From an uncultured Chloroflexia bacterium (GTDB lineage Bacteria > Chloroflexota > Anaerolineae > JAAYZQ01): DNA of 64,000 nucleotides. Location of the stretch: NCBI GenBank assembly GCA_963700285.1, contig CAVOXA010000001.1:480001-544000 (forward strand), read 5' to 3'. This document shows positions 1 to 10,000 of the stretch, in pieces. The translations under genes and the position numbers were made by a program. The notes under the pieces are model-generated. The model searched no databases, was not told the origin of the DNA, and saw nothing but the letters and a program-made list of their open reading frames with translations. Position 1 is the first letter of the stretch. Each line of letters opens with the position of its first letter.

Positions 1-348
1 CGCACATCCACCGGCGGCTGTCACGCGGGTGTGCGCATCGGCTATGTGCTGTCGGTGGTGCCCGCCAACGCGCTGACCGGCATCGCCATCGCCTTTGCCA
101 GCGAGCCGATCTACACCTACTATACGACCGTGCCGCGCCTGGGGGAGATGACGGTCCTGCAAGACCAGATGTTGGGTGGGGTGATCATGTGGATCCCGGG
201 CAGCATGATGTACATCATCGCGGCACTGGTCCTCATTGCCCAGATCGTTCGCGTCGGGGAGGATAACGAGCCTGCGCCTGAGCCAGCGTGGGCTGTCGAC
301 GAGGCCGTGCGCGCGCCTGGGTTCGAGGAGCCCAAAGTCGCGACCTAG
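1..348 (+). CDS. ctaG: Cytochrome c oxidase assembly protein CtaG (caa3-type), C-terminal part; 5' end outside the window; probable +1 indel near nt 28
   Basis: Hydrophobic C-terminus with DQMLGGVIMWIPG, typical of Caa3_CtaG. Frame 3 reads HIHRRLSRG and joins VRIGY if one G is removed. Sits next to ctaB/SCO. Confidence 0.8.
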   Translation, partial: RTSTGGCHAGVRIGYVLSVVPANALTGIAIAFASEPIYTYYTTVPRLGEMTVLQDQMLGGVIMWIPGSMMYIIAALVLIAQIVRVGEDNEPAPEPAWAVDEAVRAPGFEEPKVAT

Positions 349-366
349 AGCACAAAGGAACACTGC

Positions 367-1302
367 GTGAAACCTGTAGATATCGTCGCATCTCCAACAA
401 GCAAAGAATTCAAGTCTCCGGCAGCCTCCCGGTCCCGGGCGGTCGCTGTGGAGATCGCTCATGGTCCTGTTCAAGGTCCGGGTGGTCATGCTGCTGCTGT
501 TCGCTGCAATGGGCGGCGCCTTCCTTGCGGCGGGCGGCTGGCCTGGCCTGGACAGCATTGCTCCTGCTCCTGGTCACCGGCGGACTGGCTGCGGCTGGTG
601 CTTCGGCCATCAACCAGTACCTGGAGAGGGATCTGGATGCGCGGATGGAGCGCACCCGCGGCCGTCCGCTGGCCGGTGAGCCGGTGATCCGATCGAAGTG
701 GGTGCCCTATGCTGGCGCACTGATGATCCTGCTGCCTGCGCTCGCTGTGCTGACCTTGAATCCAGCGCTGTCGATCTTCGTCCTGTTGGGCGCCGTCATC
801 TATGTCTTTGTCTACACGATCTGGCTCAAGCCACGGACGCCACTCAATATCGTCATCGGCGGTGCGGCGGGCAGCGCGGCGGTGCTCAGTGGCAGCGCGG
901 CAGCCGGGTATTGGAACGAGCCAGGCGCTCTGGCTCCTGGCGCTGCTGGTCTTTCTGTGGACCCCAACCCACTTTTGGAGCCTGGCCATCGCCTATCGCG
1001 ACGACTATGCCCGCGGTGGGTTTCCCATGCTCCCGGTGCAGACCTCGCCCCGGGCCGCGGCCTGGTGGGTGCTGCTGCACACAGTTGGCTCCGCTCTGGT
1101 GGCGCTGCTCCTGGTTGCTCACCCCACCCTCGGCTGGCTGTACCTGATTCCTGTCGCATCGTCGCTTGTGGTCCTGATAGTACTGAACATCCGGCTGATC
1201 CTCGTGCCATGCCGGAAGCGGGCGCTGGCCCTGTTTCATGCATCGAACCTGTTTTTGGCAGTTCTATTGCTGGCCATCTGCGTGAGTACGCTGCTGTCCT
1301 AG
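367..1302 (+). CDS. ctaB: Protoheme IX farnesyltransferase (heme o synthase), split by three +1 frameshifts (~457, ~555, ~933)
   Basis: Consecutive frames give [11 protein letters not shown] / [20 protein letters not shown]...[21 protein letters not shown] / [29 protein letters not shown], all UbiA-family CtaB/CyoE motifs. Confidence 0.9.
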
Positions 1303-1378
1303 AATCCGAAGCCTTGGCATATGTGCCTGGATCAGGCGCCTGGCTGCTGGTGCTTTTCCCTGGGTAGGAGGATGCCCG

Positions 1379-1960
1379 ATGAAGAGGATCCTGAATCTTG
1401 GCTTGTTTGTGGTGATTGCGCTTGCGGCCTGCAGGCCGTCCGCCCCTGCTTTTCGCGGCTCGGCGCTGAAAGAGCCGGTTCCCGTTCCAGATTTTGCCCT
1501 TACCGACCAGAACGGGCAGACTTTTCGCCTGAGCGACCAACTCGGCAGCGCGGTGCTGCTCTTTTTCGGCTATACTCAATGCCCCGACGTCTGCCCCACC
1601 ACACTGGCCACCTGGCGCCAAGTCCAGGAGGCTCTGGGAGACGACGCAGCTCGAGTGCGTTTTGTTTTTGTTACGGTCGACCCCGAGCGGGACACGCCGG
1701 AGCGATTGGGCCTGCATGTCAATGCCTTCAATCCCGATTTCATCGGCCTGACAGGAACACAGGAGGATTTGGAATCGGTCTACGAGGTCTTTGATATTAT
1801 CTATGAGAAGGATACCTCGTCAGGCAGCGCGGCCGGCTACCTGGTGAACCACACAGCTACGACCTTTCTGCTCGACCCAGAGGGCCAGTGGCGGTTGCGC
1901 GAAAAATATGGCACGCCTGCCGAGGATATAGCGTACGACATCCAACAACTGTTGGAATAG
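1379..1960 (+). CDS. SCO1/SenC family copper chaperone lipoprotein
   Basis: Lipobox LAAC; FFGYTQCPDVCP (CxxxC); VTVDPERDT; conserved His in VNHT. Confidence 0.93.
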   Translation: MKRILNLGLFVVIALAACRPSAPAFRGSALKEPVPVPDFALTDQNGQTFRLSDQLGSAVLLFFGYTQCPDVCPTTLATWRQVQEALGDDAARVRFVFVTVDPERDTPERLGLHVNAFNPDFIGLTGTQEDLESVYEVFDIIYEKDTSSGSAAGYLVNHTATTFLLDPEGQWRLREKYGTPAEDIAYDIQQLLE

Positions 1961-1993
1961 TACTGGAAACATAAAAACAGGAGGAGAAAGAAG

Positions 1994-2494
1994 ATGTGGA
2001 GCAGAAGGGCCTTTGGCTTGGGAGTGGTCGTACTGCTATTGGCAATTGTGCTGGCTGCCTGTAATAGCCCCTCGGGTCCCCAGATCAAGACCGAGGAGGT
2101 CTGGTCGCGCCCAGCCATGGCCATGAAAATGAGTGAATCTGATTCGGGCCAATCGAGTGAGGGCGGCATGGGGATGGCCGGCACTGGCGCGGTCTTTATG
2201 CTATTGGTGAATGATGGTGGAGAGGCGGACCGCCTGATCGGAGGCAAGACGGATGTCGCCAAGGTGGTCGAGATCCACGAGACTGTGATGGAAGGCGAAG
2301 TAATGAAGATGAAGATGTTGCCCGATGGCCTGGAGGTACCGGCCCGGGGTGAGGTGTTGCTCAAGCCCGGTAGCTACCACGTCATGCTCATCGGCATGCA
2401 GCAGGATCTGAAACCCGGCGACACCTTTAGCCTTGAGCTAGAGTTCGAGAAAAGTGGAAGCATTCAGGTAAAGCCGGAGGTTCGCGAGCCTTAG
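1994..2494 (+). CDS. Copper chaperone PCu(A)C family lipoprotein
   Basis: Lipobox LAAC; EIHET...MKM...LKPGSYHVML (H-M-H-M Cu ligands); AGGAGG RBS. Confidence 0.9.
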   Translation: MWSRRAFGLGVVVLLLAIVLAACNSPSGPQIKTEEVWSRPAMAMKMSESDSGQSSEGGMGMAGTGAVFMLLVNDGGEADRLIGGKTDVAKVVEIHETVMEGEVMKMKMLPDGLEVPARGEVLLKPGSYHVMLIGMQQDLKPGDTFSLELEFEKSGSIQVKPEVREP

Positions 2495-2640
2495 GGAACA
2501 GCGGACGAAGATGGTTCTCATGCTGGAGACCACTTGGTCACCCTGGCCTCGGCGACGGATGACTTGAACCTGGTTGCGATAGCGCGGGTTTGTTGCTAGA
2601 TAGCTTGTAGGTAGTGGTAGAGATGCTTGAGACAGATAGA

Positions 2641-3039
2641 ATGAAGTGGTTGCTGGCGGCCATGGTGTTGCTGACTCTGGTGAGTTGCGGCCGGGGCGGT
2701 GAGGACCTGTCTGACGTCGGGGTGGTGCTGGCAATCGAGCCTGAGCCAGCCCGCATTGGTCTGGCAACGATCACGGTCTCACTGTCCGACGCTGGGGGCC
2801 AGCCCATATCCGGCGCCATGGTGGGGCTGGAGGGAAACATGAACCACGCTGGGATGGTTCCGGTTTCTGCCTGGGCGCAGGAGGTGGCTGGCGGCAAATA
2901 CCAGGCGGACCTCGAGTTCACCATGGGCGGCGACTGGTTCATTCTGGTGCGTGCCGATCTGCCAGACGGACGCTCGCTAGAGCGCAAAGTTGATGTACCA
3001 GGCGTGGACGCGGTCTGTGGCGACACGCCGGCCCCATGA
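2641..3039 (+). CDS. YtkA/FixH-like lipoprotein (copper oxidase assembly accessory)
   Basis: Lipobox LVSC; EGNMNHAGM and GKYQADLEFTMGGDW, typical of YtkA-like domains. Start could be 2623. Confidence 0.75.
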   Translation: MKWLLAAMVLLTLVSCGRGGEDLSDVGVVLAIEPEPARIGLATITVSLSDAGGQPISGAMVGLEGNMNHAGMVPVSAWAQEVAGGKYQADLEFTMGGDWFILVRADLPDGRSLERKVDVPGVDAVCGDTPAP

Positions 3040-3128
3040 TGTGGGATGAGGATGAATACGGATAGAAGCCGCTCCGTCAGAAGCAATCCGCCTCTATTCC
3101 TGTTCATTGTCCAAGGCACAGGTGGCAA

Positions 3129-4595
3129 GTGACGGGCCAGATCGATGCATCGCCGCGTGCGCTGGACTTGATGGATCTGCCGGGGGTGGGACGGTTCCTG
3201 CGCTGGCGACACGCTCGTTCCGCCCTCCAGGTGCCGCTGCTGTTGCTGGCTGCCCTGATGGTATTGGACGGCCTTGCGGGTCCCCAACTGGCGCCCAAGA
3301 ACCTGGCCACCGTCTTCACTTGGGTCCACTATCGGGGGTTGGTCATCCTGGCTCTGTTGGTGGCCGGCAATCTGTTCTGCATGGCATGTCCTTTCATGCT
3401 GGTCCGCAACATCGTCCGGCGTTGGATCCAGCCTACGCGGATGTGGCCCCAGCGCCTGCGAAAAAAGTGGCTGGCCGCGGGTCTCTTTGTGCTACTCCTC
3501 TTCCTCTACGAGTTCTTGGATCTGTGGGCATCACCCCTGTTGACGGCGTGGCTCATCCTGGCCTATTTCGCTGGCGCCCTGATGGTAGACAGCCTTTTCC
3601 GAGGAGCTGCGTTCTGCAAATACCTCTGCCCCTTGGGCCAGTTTAACTTTGTCGCTTCTCTTGTCTCTCCTCTTGAGGTCAAGGTACGCATCCCGCTAGT
3701 TTGTACTGACTGCCACACCAAGGACTGCATCAAGGGGCAACGGGGATCCGACGTCGAAAAACAGAGATCGAAAATGGGTGGCTGCGAGCTGTGGCTCTTT
3801 CAGCAGTCCAAGGTTGGCAACATGGACTGTACCTTCTGCCTGGACTGTGCCCACGCCTGCCCATACGACAACGTCGGAATCTCGCCCAGGCTGCCTGCCA
3901 GCGAGCTTTGGGTCGACTCCCGGCGTTCCGGGATCGGGCGCTTCTCGCGGCGGGCGGACCTGGCGTTACTGGTCGTGCTCTTTGTCTTTGGCGCTCTACT
4001 CAATGCCTTCGCGATGGTCACACCGGTCTATACGCTGGAGAATTGGCTGGCCGATCTGTTGGGTACCCAGTCCGAAGCCCTGGTGCTGGCCGTGCTCTTT
4101 GCAGTGGGGTTGGTTGCGGTGCCCGTGTTGTTGCTAACACTGAGCGGCTGGTTGTCGCGGTGGTGGGCAGGGTCAGAAGAGCGGCCATCACTGTTGGTGT
4201 GGGTGACCCGCTACGCCTTTGCACTGCTGCCCATTGGCTTTGGCGTTTGGCTGGCCCACTATAGTTTTCACTTTCTGACTGGCTTCTGGACCTTTGTCCC
4301 CGTGATACAGAGTTTTGTTGCCGACGTTTCGGGCTCGCCGTTGCTGGGCATGCCCCGGTGGGAACTGGGGCCGCTGCTGCCGAGGGGATGGCTCTACCCG
4401 CTGGAGCTGGGTTTTCTGGGTCTGGGTTGGTTTGGTTCGCTGCTGGTAACCTATCGTCTGGCGGCGGTCGATGCCCCCCGTCGCCCTTGGGGAGCTTTCT
4501 TGCCATGGACCGTTCTCGTAACGCTCCTGTTCCTGGCGGCAGTCTGGCTGATGGCCCAACCCATGGAGATGCGGGGCACCTTTTTGGTGGGGTGA
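3129..4595 (+). CDS. Polytopic membrane 4Fe-4S protein (NosR/NapH/FixG-like polyferredoxin)
   Basis: Two CxxxCP motifs (FCMACPF, FCKYLCPLG), CTDCHTKDC and CTFCLDCAHACP; many TM helices. Confidence 0.8.
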   Translation: MTGQIDASPRALDLMDLPGVGRFLRWRHARSALQVPLLLLAALMVLDGLAGPQLAPKNLATVFTWVHYRGLVILALLVAGNLFCMACPFMLVRNIVRRWIQPTRMWPQRLRKKWLAAGLFVLLLFLYEFLDLWASPLLTAWLILAYFAGALMVDSLFRGAAFCKYLCPLGQFNFVASLVSPLEVKVRIPLVCTDCHTKDCIKGQRGSDVEKQRSKMGGCELWLFQQSKVGNMDCTFCLDCAHACPYDNVGISPRLPASELWVDSRRSGIGRFSRRADLALLVVLFVFGALLNAFAMVTPVYTLENWLADLLGTQSEALVLAVLFAVGLVAVPVLLLTLSGWLSRWWAGSEERPSLLVWVTRYAFALLPIGFGVWLAHYSFHFLTGFWTFVPVIQSFVADVSGSPLLGMPRWELGPLLPRGWLYPLELGFLGLGWFGSLLVTYRLAAVDAPRRPWGAFLPWTVLVTLLFLAAVWLMAQPMEMRGTFLVG

Positions 4596-4599
4596 ATGC

Positions 4600-5139
4600 A
4601 TGGTAGGAGGTATGAGGCCAAACCTCTCTTGGCGGTGGGTGCTGATTGGTGGCCTGCTGCTGGTGTGGCTGGCCAGGCCGCCGCTGGTTTTTGCCCATGT
4701 GGGCGCGCCCTATCCAGTCCTGCTGGAGGAAGCGGTCGGCCCCTACGTGGCCTCAGCCCTGGCCGATCCAGATGTAGGCAAAGGAACCTTCTACATCCTG
4801 GTCACCCTACCTGAGGGCCAGCCTGCAACATCCGATATCGATGTGACGGTCTGGATTGCGCCTGAGGATGGCCACATGGCTGAAGCCGGCTACGCGGCCA
4901 AGCGCGAAGAGACGCGGTATGGAGAGCGGTTCGTTGCTGAGGTTCCATTTGATGCCGAAGGTCCCTGGCAAATACGGTTGGCCATTGACGGCCAGGCAGG
5001 CTCCGGGGATGTCTCCTTCCCTGTGCGGGTGACGCCCTCAGGCATGGGTTGGCTGGCTACACTGGCTTGCCTTGTGCCTTTTGGGCTATTGGGCTTGTTG
5101 TGGCTGAGAGGCACCATGCGACAGCGAGCGAGCCAATAG
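4600..5139 (+). CDS. Hypothetical exported protein with C-terminal membrane anchor
   Basis: Signal peptide ending VFA-H, beta-rich middle, C-terminal TM helix plus basic tail; tightly linked to the upstream gene. Start could be 4612. Confidence 0.65.
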   Translation: MVGGMRPNLSWRWVLIGGLLLVWLARPPLVFAHVGAPYPVLLEEAVGPYVASALADPDVGKGTFYILVTLPEGQPATSDIDVTVWIAPEDGHMAEAGYAAKREETRYGERFVAEVPFDAEGPWQIRLAIDGQAGSGDVSFPVRVTPSGMGWLATLACLVPFGLLGLLWLRGTMRQRASQ

Positions 5140-5393
5140 CCGATTCTCCGTACTTGAGTTTCCCCAGCCTTAGGGTTCGTATTGCTCTACCCCCTGTCTT
5201 CAGACAATCAAGTGCCAGAACCGCTGCCCGGCTTGCTTGCCTTGCCCTGGCTTTTGGAGTACAATACGGCCGTCAGGATATAAGGAGTTGCTGCCTTGTT
5301 CTCAATGCCGTTTGGGGCGGTACGTGACGCGCCAACAGGATTCACTTGGGAGACTGTCCCCGCCCATGCCCTCCAGGGCCAGGTTGCTCTGCG

Positions 5394-7841
5394 ATGACGG
5401 TTCCCCGCTTTCGTACCTGGAGGGCCGAATGGGTCGTCTGGGCCATGATCCTGGCCTACATCGTCTTTTTTGCCCTCCTCACGTTTCAAAAGCACAATGC
5501 CTTTCAGACCACGGCCTTTGACCTGGGAAACGTGGACCAGGCGGTCTGGAATACGCGCCACGGCCGATTGCTGGCCATGACCAACATCGAGGGGCTTACC
5601 AACCGCCTGGGGACCCACGTCGAACCGATCCTCTTGCCCATTTCCCTCCTCTATCTCCTCTGGAGCGATCCCCGGACGCTGCTGTTCCTACAGACAACGG
5701 TCATCGCCCTCGGCGCCTGGCCCGTGTACCTCATCACGAAACATGCAACACGCAATACGACACGTCCCACGCAGAATGTTCTTCCGATCCTTTTTGCTTT
5801 GGTCTATCTCCTGTTCCCTGCCCTTCAGTCAGCCAATGTGTTCGACTTTCACGCGGTGTCGCTGGCGCCTACTTTTTTTCTCTTTGCCTTCTACTATCTG
5901 CAGGTAGAGCGGTGGGGGCCTTATGCCCTTTTCTGCGTGTTGACCATGAGTTGCAAGGAGGATATGCCTCTCCTGGTTGTGATGCTTGGTCTTTATGCCT
6001 TGGTCGTGCGCCGCAAGTGGCTGGCGGGCTCGGTTACCATCGCGGCCGCTGTGCTGTGGTTCGTTCTGGCTGTGGGGGCGGTTATGCCCTATTTCGACCC
6101 TGAGGGGGTCGCCCCCCTGGCTAACCGCTACGCTTACCTGGGCGACAGCCCGCTGGAGATTGTCCGGACCCTGTTCACGCGGCCGGGTCTTGTACTGGGG
6201 CGACTCTTTACCGCCGAGAACTGGGCCTACGTCCGCGATCTGTTGATGCCGGTGGCCTTTCTGTCACTGCTGGCCCCTCAGGTTTTGATGATAGCCCTGC
6301 CGACGTTGCTCATCAACCTCCTGAGTACCGATGGTTTCATGCACCAACTTGAGGGCTTTCACTATGGGGCGCCGCTGGTGCCCATCGTCGTTGTCTCGGC
6401 GGCGTACGCTGTGGCCTGGCTGGTCCGCCGTCTCCCGCGCTTCCAGTACTTGCCCTTTGTCGTGGCTGCTCTTGTCCTGGCTGCCACGTTGTTCTATCAT
6501 TATGGCCATGGCTACACACCCCTGGCTGTTGGTTTTGATGGGATCTGGCCCATCGCTACCGAGCACCATCAGTCGGGTGAGGAGATCGCCGCCAGCATCC
6601 CGACAGGGGCTTCGCTGGCTGCTTTGCCCCATCCCAATCCCCACGCCAGCCAGCGCCAGCAGCTTTCGATGATCGACCGGGTGGAGAACGGCCTGCCCGC
6701 TCCCCTCAACGATGCCGAGTATGTGTGGTTGGACGTGACTAATGGCTGGCCGCTCCATCCCAACGACCTGAAACTGGCAGTCGAGAACCTGCTGACTGGA
6801 GGCTATGGCGTAGACCAGGCAAGCGACGGCTGGCTTTTGGTGCGCCGGGGCGCTGCTGAGAAGGCTCTGCCCGGCTCCTTCTATGATTTCGCCCGCGCCC
6901 CCGATCCACAGCCGCAGTACCCGATGCGCCTCCAGTTCCTGCTGGATGGCGAGCCCGTTCTCGAATCACTGGGCTTTGACCTCATCCTACGAAACCAACG
7001 CGCCGATGATTCGACTGGGCGCTCGCGCCAGGGAGACCTGGGACCGGTCTCCAGTCTCCGCGTCTATTGGCGGGCGCTGCGGCCCCTACCGCCTGGCCTC
7101 CGCCTTTACCCATTTTTCTTCGACGATACTACGGGCCAGATCCTTGAAGACACCTCCCAGCGGCCCATGATCGCCTCTGTATGGTACCCGCCCGAGGACT
7201 GGCAGCCAGGGGAGATTGTGATGACCAGCACCCTGCCCTGGGATGTCGGCCCGGACTATGGCATTGGCCTCGGCGTCATGCGCGGCGACGAGTGGGCGGC
7301 TTTGGAGCAGCGCTTGTCCATCCGCGTGGAATCGTCTGAACTGGTGACCCAGCGCTTTGACGGCGATACCTGGGCGCGCCTCATTGGGGTGGTCGATGGA
7401 GAACCGGTTGAGGAATACCGCGTCTTCTCTGCACCTTCACCCCAGCACCCACTCGATGTCGATTTTAGTGGCGAGATCCGCCTCCTTGGCTACGATCTGG
7501 ACTGCAGCAAACCATCCGCTACTTGTAGGGCGCAATTCTATTGGCAAGCTCAAACCGCCCTCGATACGAGCTACACTACCTTTGTCCAGATGCTAGGCCG
7601 CGAGGGAGGGGTTCACGCCCAAGTGGACGCTGTGCCGCGCGACGGCGGATATCCGACTACCTGGTGGCTTCCGGGCGAAGTGGTTGCAGATACCCACGTC
7701 TTGGCACTGCCAGGTGACGCACCTTCTGAGGCTTACCGGCTCATCGCTGGCTGGTATGACCCGGAGACAGGTGCCCGCCTGCTTGTTTCGGGCCAGGGGA
7801 TGGATTTTGTCGAACTGGGCACGGTCGAATTCGGGGAATAG
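5394..7841 (+). CDS. DUF2079-type GT-C-fold membrane protein with extracellular C-terminal modules
   Basis: AFDLGNVDQAVWN, HVEPIL, DFHAVSLA and KED motifs in a multi-TM N-half; two W(Q/L)PGE(I/V)V modules in the C-half. Confidence 0.75.
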   Translation: MTVPRFRTWRAEWVVWAMILAYIVFFALLTFQKHNAFQTTAFDLGNVDQAVWNTRHGRLLAMTNIEGLTNRLGTHVEPILLPISLLYLLWSDPRTLLFLQTTVIALGAWPVYLITKHATRNTTRPTQNVLPILFALVYLLFPALQSANVFDFHAVSLAPTFFLFAFYYLQVERWGPYALFCVLTMSCKEDMPLLVVMLGLYALVVRRKWLAGSVTIAAAVLWFVLAVGAVMPYFDPEGVAPLANRYAYLGDSPLEIVRTLFTRPGLVLGRLFTAENWAYVRDLLMPVAFLSLLAPQVLMIALPTLLINLLSTDGFMHQLEGFHYGAPLVPIVVVSAAYAVAWLVRRLPRFQYLPFVVAALVLAATLFYHYGHGYTPLAVGFDGIWPIATEHHQSGEEIAASIPTGASLAALPHPNPHASQRQQLSMIDRVENGLPAPLNDAEYVWLDVTNGWPLHPNDLKLAVENLLTGGYGVDQASDGWLLVRRGAAEKALPGSFYDFARAPDPQPQYPMRLQFLLDGEPVLESLGFDLILRNQRADDSTGRSRQGDLGPVSSLRVYWRALRPLPPGLRLYPFFFDDTTGQILEDTSQRPMIASVWYPPEDWQPGEIVMTSTLPWDVGPDYGIGLGVMRGDEWAALEQRLSIRVESSELVTQRFDGDTWARLIGVVDGEPVEEYRVFSAPSPQHPLDVDFSGEIRLLGYDLDCSKPSATCRAQFYWQAQTALDTSYTTFVQMLGREGGVHAQVDAVPRDGGYPTTWWLPGEVVADTHVLALPGDAPSEAYRLIAGWYDPETGARLLVSGQGMDFVELGTVEFGE
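5736..5775 (+). repeat. Degenerate heptamer tandem repeat (ACGCAAY-like) inside the CDS
   Basis: acgaaac-atgcaac-acgcaat-acgac-acgtccc-acgcaga; encodes TKHATRNTTRPTQ in a loop between TM helices. Confidence 0.45.
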
Positions 7842-7881
7842 TCGTGTCTTTGCCGATCAGATAGGGGTAGAGCGTACGAAC

Positions 7882-8634
7882 ATGTCAGACGATCCCTACG
7901 AGGGTCTAGCAGAGCGCTACGACCGGTTCTACGGTGCGTTTGGAGAGCACGATCCAGATACCGCTGACTTTTTCCGCAGGCTGTTTCAGAAGAGATGTGT
8001 TCATCGTGTGTTGGATTGTGCCTGCGGTACGGGCAATGACCTCCATTTGTTTCACTCTCTTGGCTGCGTCGTGATCGGTTCCGATATCTCTGCCTCAATG
8101 CTGGCCCAAGCCGAGGCCAACCTGGCACAGGCTGGTCTTACGGTGCCCCTGCACTGTGTGGACTATCGCGAGCTGCCCCAACAGATTGAGGGGAAATTTG
8201 ATGCTGTTGTGTGCCTGTCGAGTTCGATCTTGCACATGCCCGATGACACTGAGGTCCTGCGCGCCTTTCGCAGCATGCGGGGTGTATTGCGCGAGGGCGG
8301 CATCCTTGTCCTGACTCAGGGTACCACGGACAAGCAGTGGAAGGAGCAGCCCCGGTTCATCCTGGCCATTGACTTGCAGGACTTTACTCGGCTTTTCGTC
8401 ATTGATTACCTCGGCCAGGGAGCCCGGTACAATGTAGTGGACATCGAGCGCTCTGAGCTAGAACATGGCCTGAAGGTCTGGAATGTAGAATACCCCCGGA
8501 TTCTGCTCAAGGATGATCTGGAGAGGCTGCTTCAGGACTCGGGATTTGGCTCGATGGTTTTCTATGGTTCTTTTCTCCTGGACCCCTATGACAAAAAGAC
8601 CAGCGATAGACTGATCGTTGTTGCTGAGTATTGA
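7882..8634 (+). CDS. Class I SAM-dependent methyltransferase
   Basis: Motif I VLDCACGTG, GSDIS, FDAVVCL, LREGG. ATG at 7882 preferred over the track start. Confidence 0.88.
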   Translation: MSDDPYEGLAERYDRFYGAFGEHDPDTADFFRRLFQKRCVHRVLDCACGTGNDLHLFHSLGCVVIGSDISASMLAQAEANLAQAGLTVPLHCVDYRELPQQIEGKFDAVVCLSSSILHMPDDTEVLRAFRSMRGVLREGGILVLTQGTTDKQWKEQPRFILAIDLQDFTRLFVIDYLGQGARYNVVDIERSELEHGLKVWNVEYPRILLKDDLERLLQDSGFGSMVFYGSFLLDPYDKKTSDRLIVVAEY

Positions 8635-8686
8635 GTCCATCCCTACCGAGGAGCAGATTCTTTGCTATGAAAGCTGCAATGCCCAG

Positions 8687-8791
8687 TTGATTCCTTCGAC
8701 CGAGATCGTCGTCATTGGCGCTGGCCCCATTGGACTGGAGTTGGCTGCAAGCCTCAAGCGGGCGGGCGTGGATTATGACTTTCCAATCTAG
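8687..8791 (+). pseudogene. N-terminal remnant of an FAD-dependent oxidoreductase (YpdA/TrxR-like Rossmann start)
   Basis: Translates LIPSTEIVVIGAGPIGLELAASLKRAGVDYDFPI*, a complete GxGxxG beta-alpha-beta start that then stops. Too short for the ORF track. Confidence 0.6.
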
Positions 8792-8816
8792 ACTTGCCAA
8801 AAGGAGACAACGTCTG

Positions 8817-9828
8817 ATGAAAAAGATGACCAAATGGGAGAGGGTTGAAGCGGCATTGCATGGAGCAGAAGTAGACCGGGTCCCGATCAGCCTGTGGAAA
8901 CACTATCATTTGCAGGACAGGAGCCCCAAGCAGTTGGCCGAGGTCACCCTGGCCCTGTATCACCAGTTCGACATCGACCTGATCAAGCTGACGCCCAGCG
9001 GGCTCTACCCGATCCAGGACTGGGGAGCGACGATCCAGTTTGGCAGGGACGACGACTTTTTGCCCTTGGCGGTGCAACCTGTCATAACTTCGGCTGACGA
9101 CTGGGAAGCGCTGCCTGGTCTGGACGTGAGCAAGGGTGCGTCTGCGGCGCGAACTGGACATGATCCGCTACGTGGCCGATGGGCTCCAGGGGAGTGCGCC
9201 CTTTATGATGACCATCTTTAGCCCCCTGAACGTCGCCTTCAAACTGTGCGGCGACAAGGTCTCCGGCGAGTTGCTCCTCGATTATATGCGCCAGTCGCCG
9301 CGACAACTGCATGCCGGACTGGCCGTGATCACAGAGGTCGTGCGGGAGTATGCTGCCGCATGCCTGGAGGCAGGGGTTTCAGGTTTCTTTTTCGCCACGC
9401 AGATGGCCAGCCACGACCTGATGACGCCTGAGGAATTCAAAGAGTTCGGTGTGCCCTACGATCTCCAGGTACTGGAGTCGCTGGCTGGCAAGTCACGGGT
9501 CACCATGCTCCACGTCTGCAAGCAGAATCTGATGTTCGAGCTGATGGCCGACTATCCTGTGGATGTCATCAACTGGGCTGCACTTACCAGCGGTACCAGC
9601 CTCCGTGACGCGCGCCAGATCACAGATAGACCACTCGCAGGGGGCCTGGCCCTGGACACCCTACTCTATGGCAGCGAGGAGGATGTTCTGGCCGAGGCCC
9701 GGAAGGCCATTGCCCAGGCTGGCCGGAGGGGTTTTATTTTGGCGCCGGACTGTGTGATCCGCGGGCCATCCCCTGATGCCAACCTGGTGGCTGCCCGCCA
9801 GGCCGTTGAGGAGACAACCCGTTCATAG
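8817..9828 (+). CDS. Uroporphyrinogen decarboxylase (URO-D/MtaA) family protein; one +1 frameshift near 9140
   Basis: MTKWERVEAAL..DRVPISLW, MTIFSP, MLHVC, FILAPDCVI; AAGGAG RBS; two overlapping ORFs join into one TIM barrel. Confidence 0.8.
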
Positions 9829-10000
9829 CCGCTGCGTGCCGGCGTGCGACCCATACGGCCAAGCCACATGCCATGTTGAAGCACAGGGTTGTGGCCGGAT
9901 CGCTGGTTCTGGTGTATAATGGCGGTCAACTGCCTGCATGGATGCCAGGCTGGGAGTTTACTATGCGTACCGGTTTGGAGGTGCGAGCTAGGAAGTGAAG

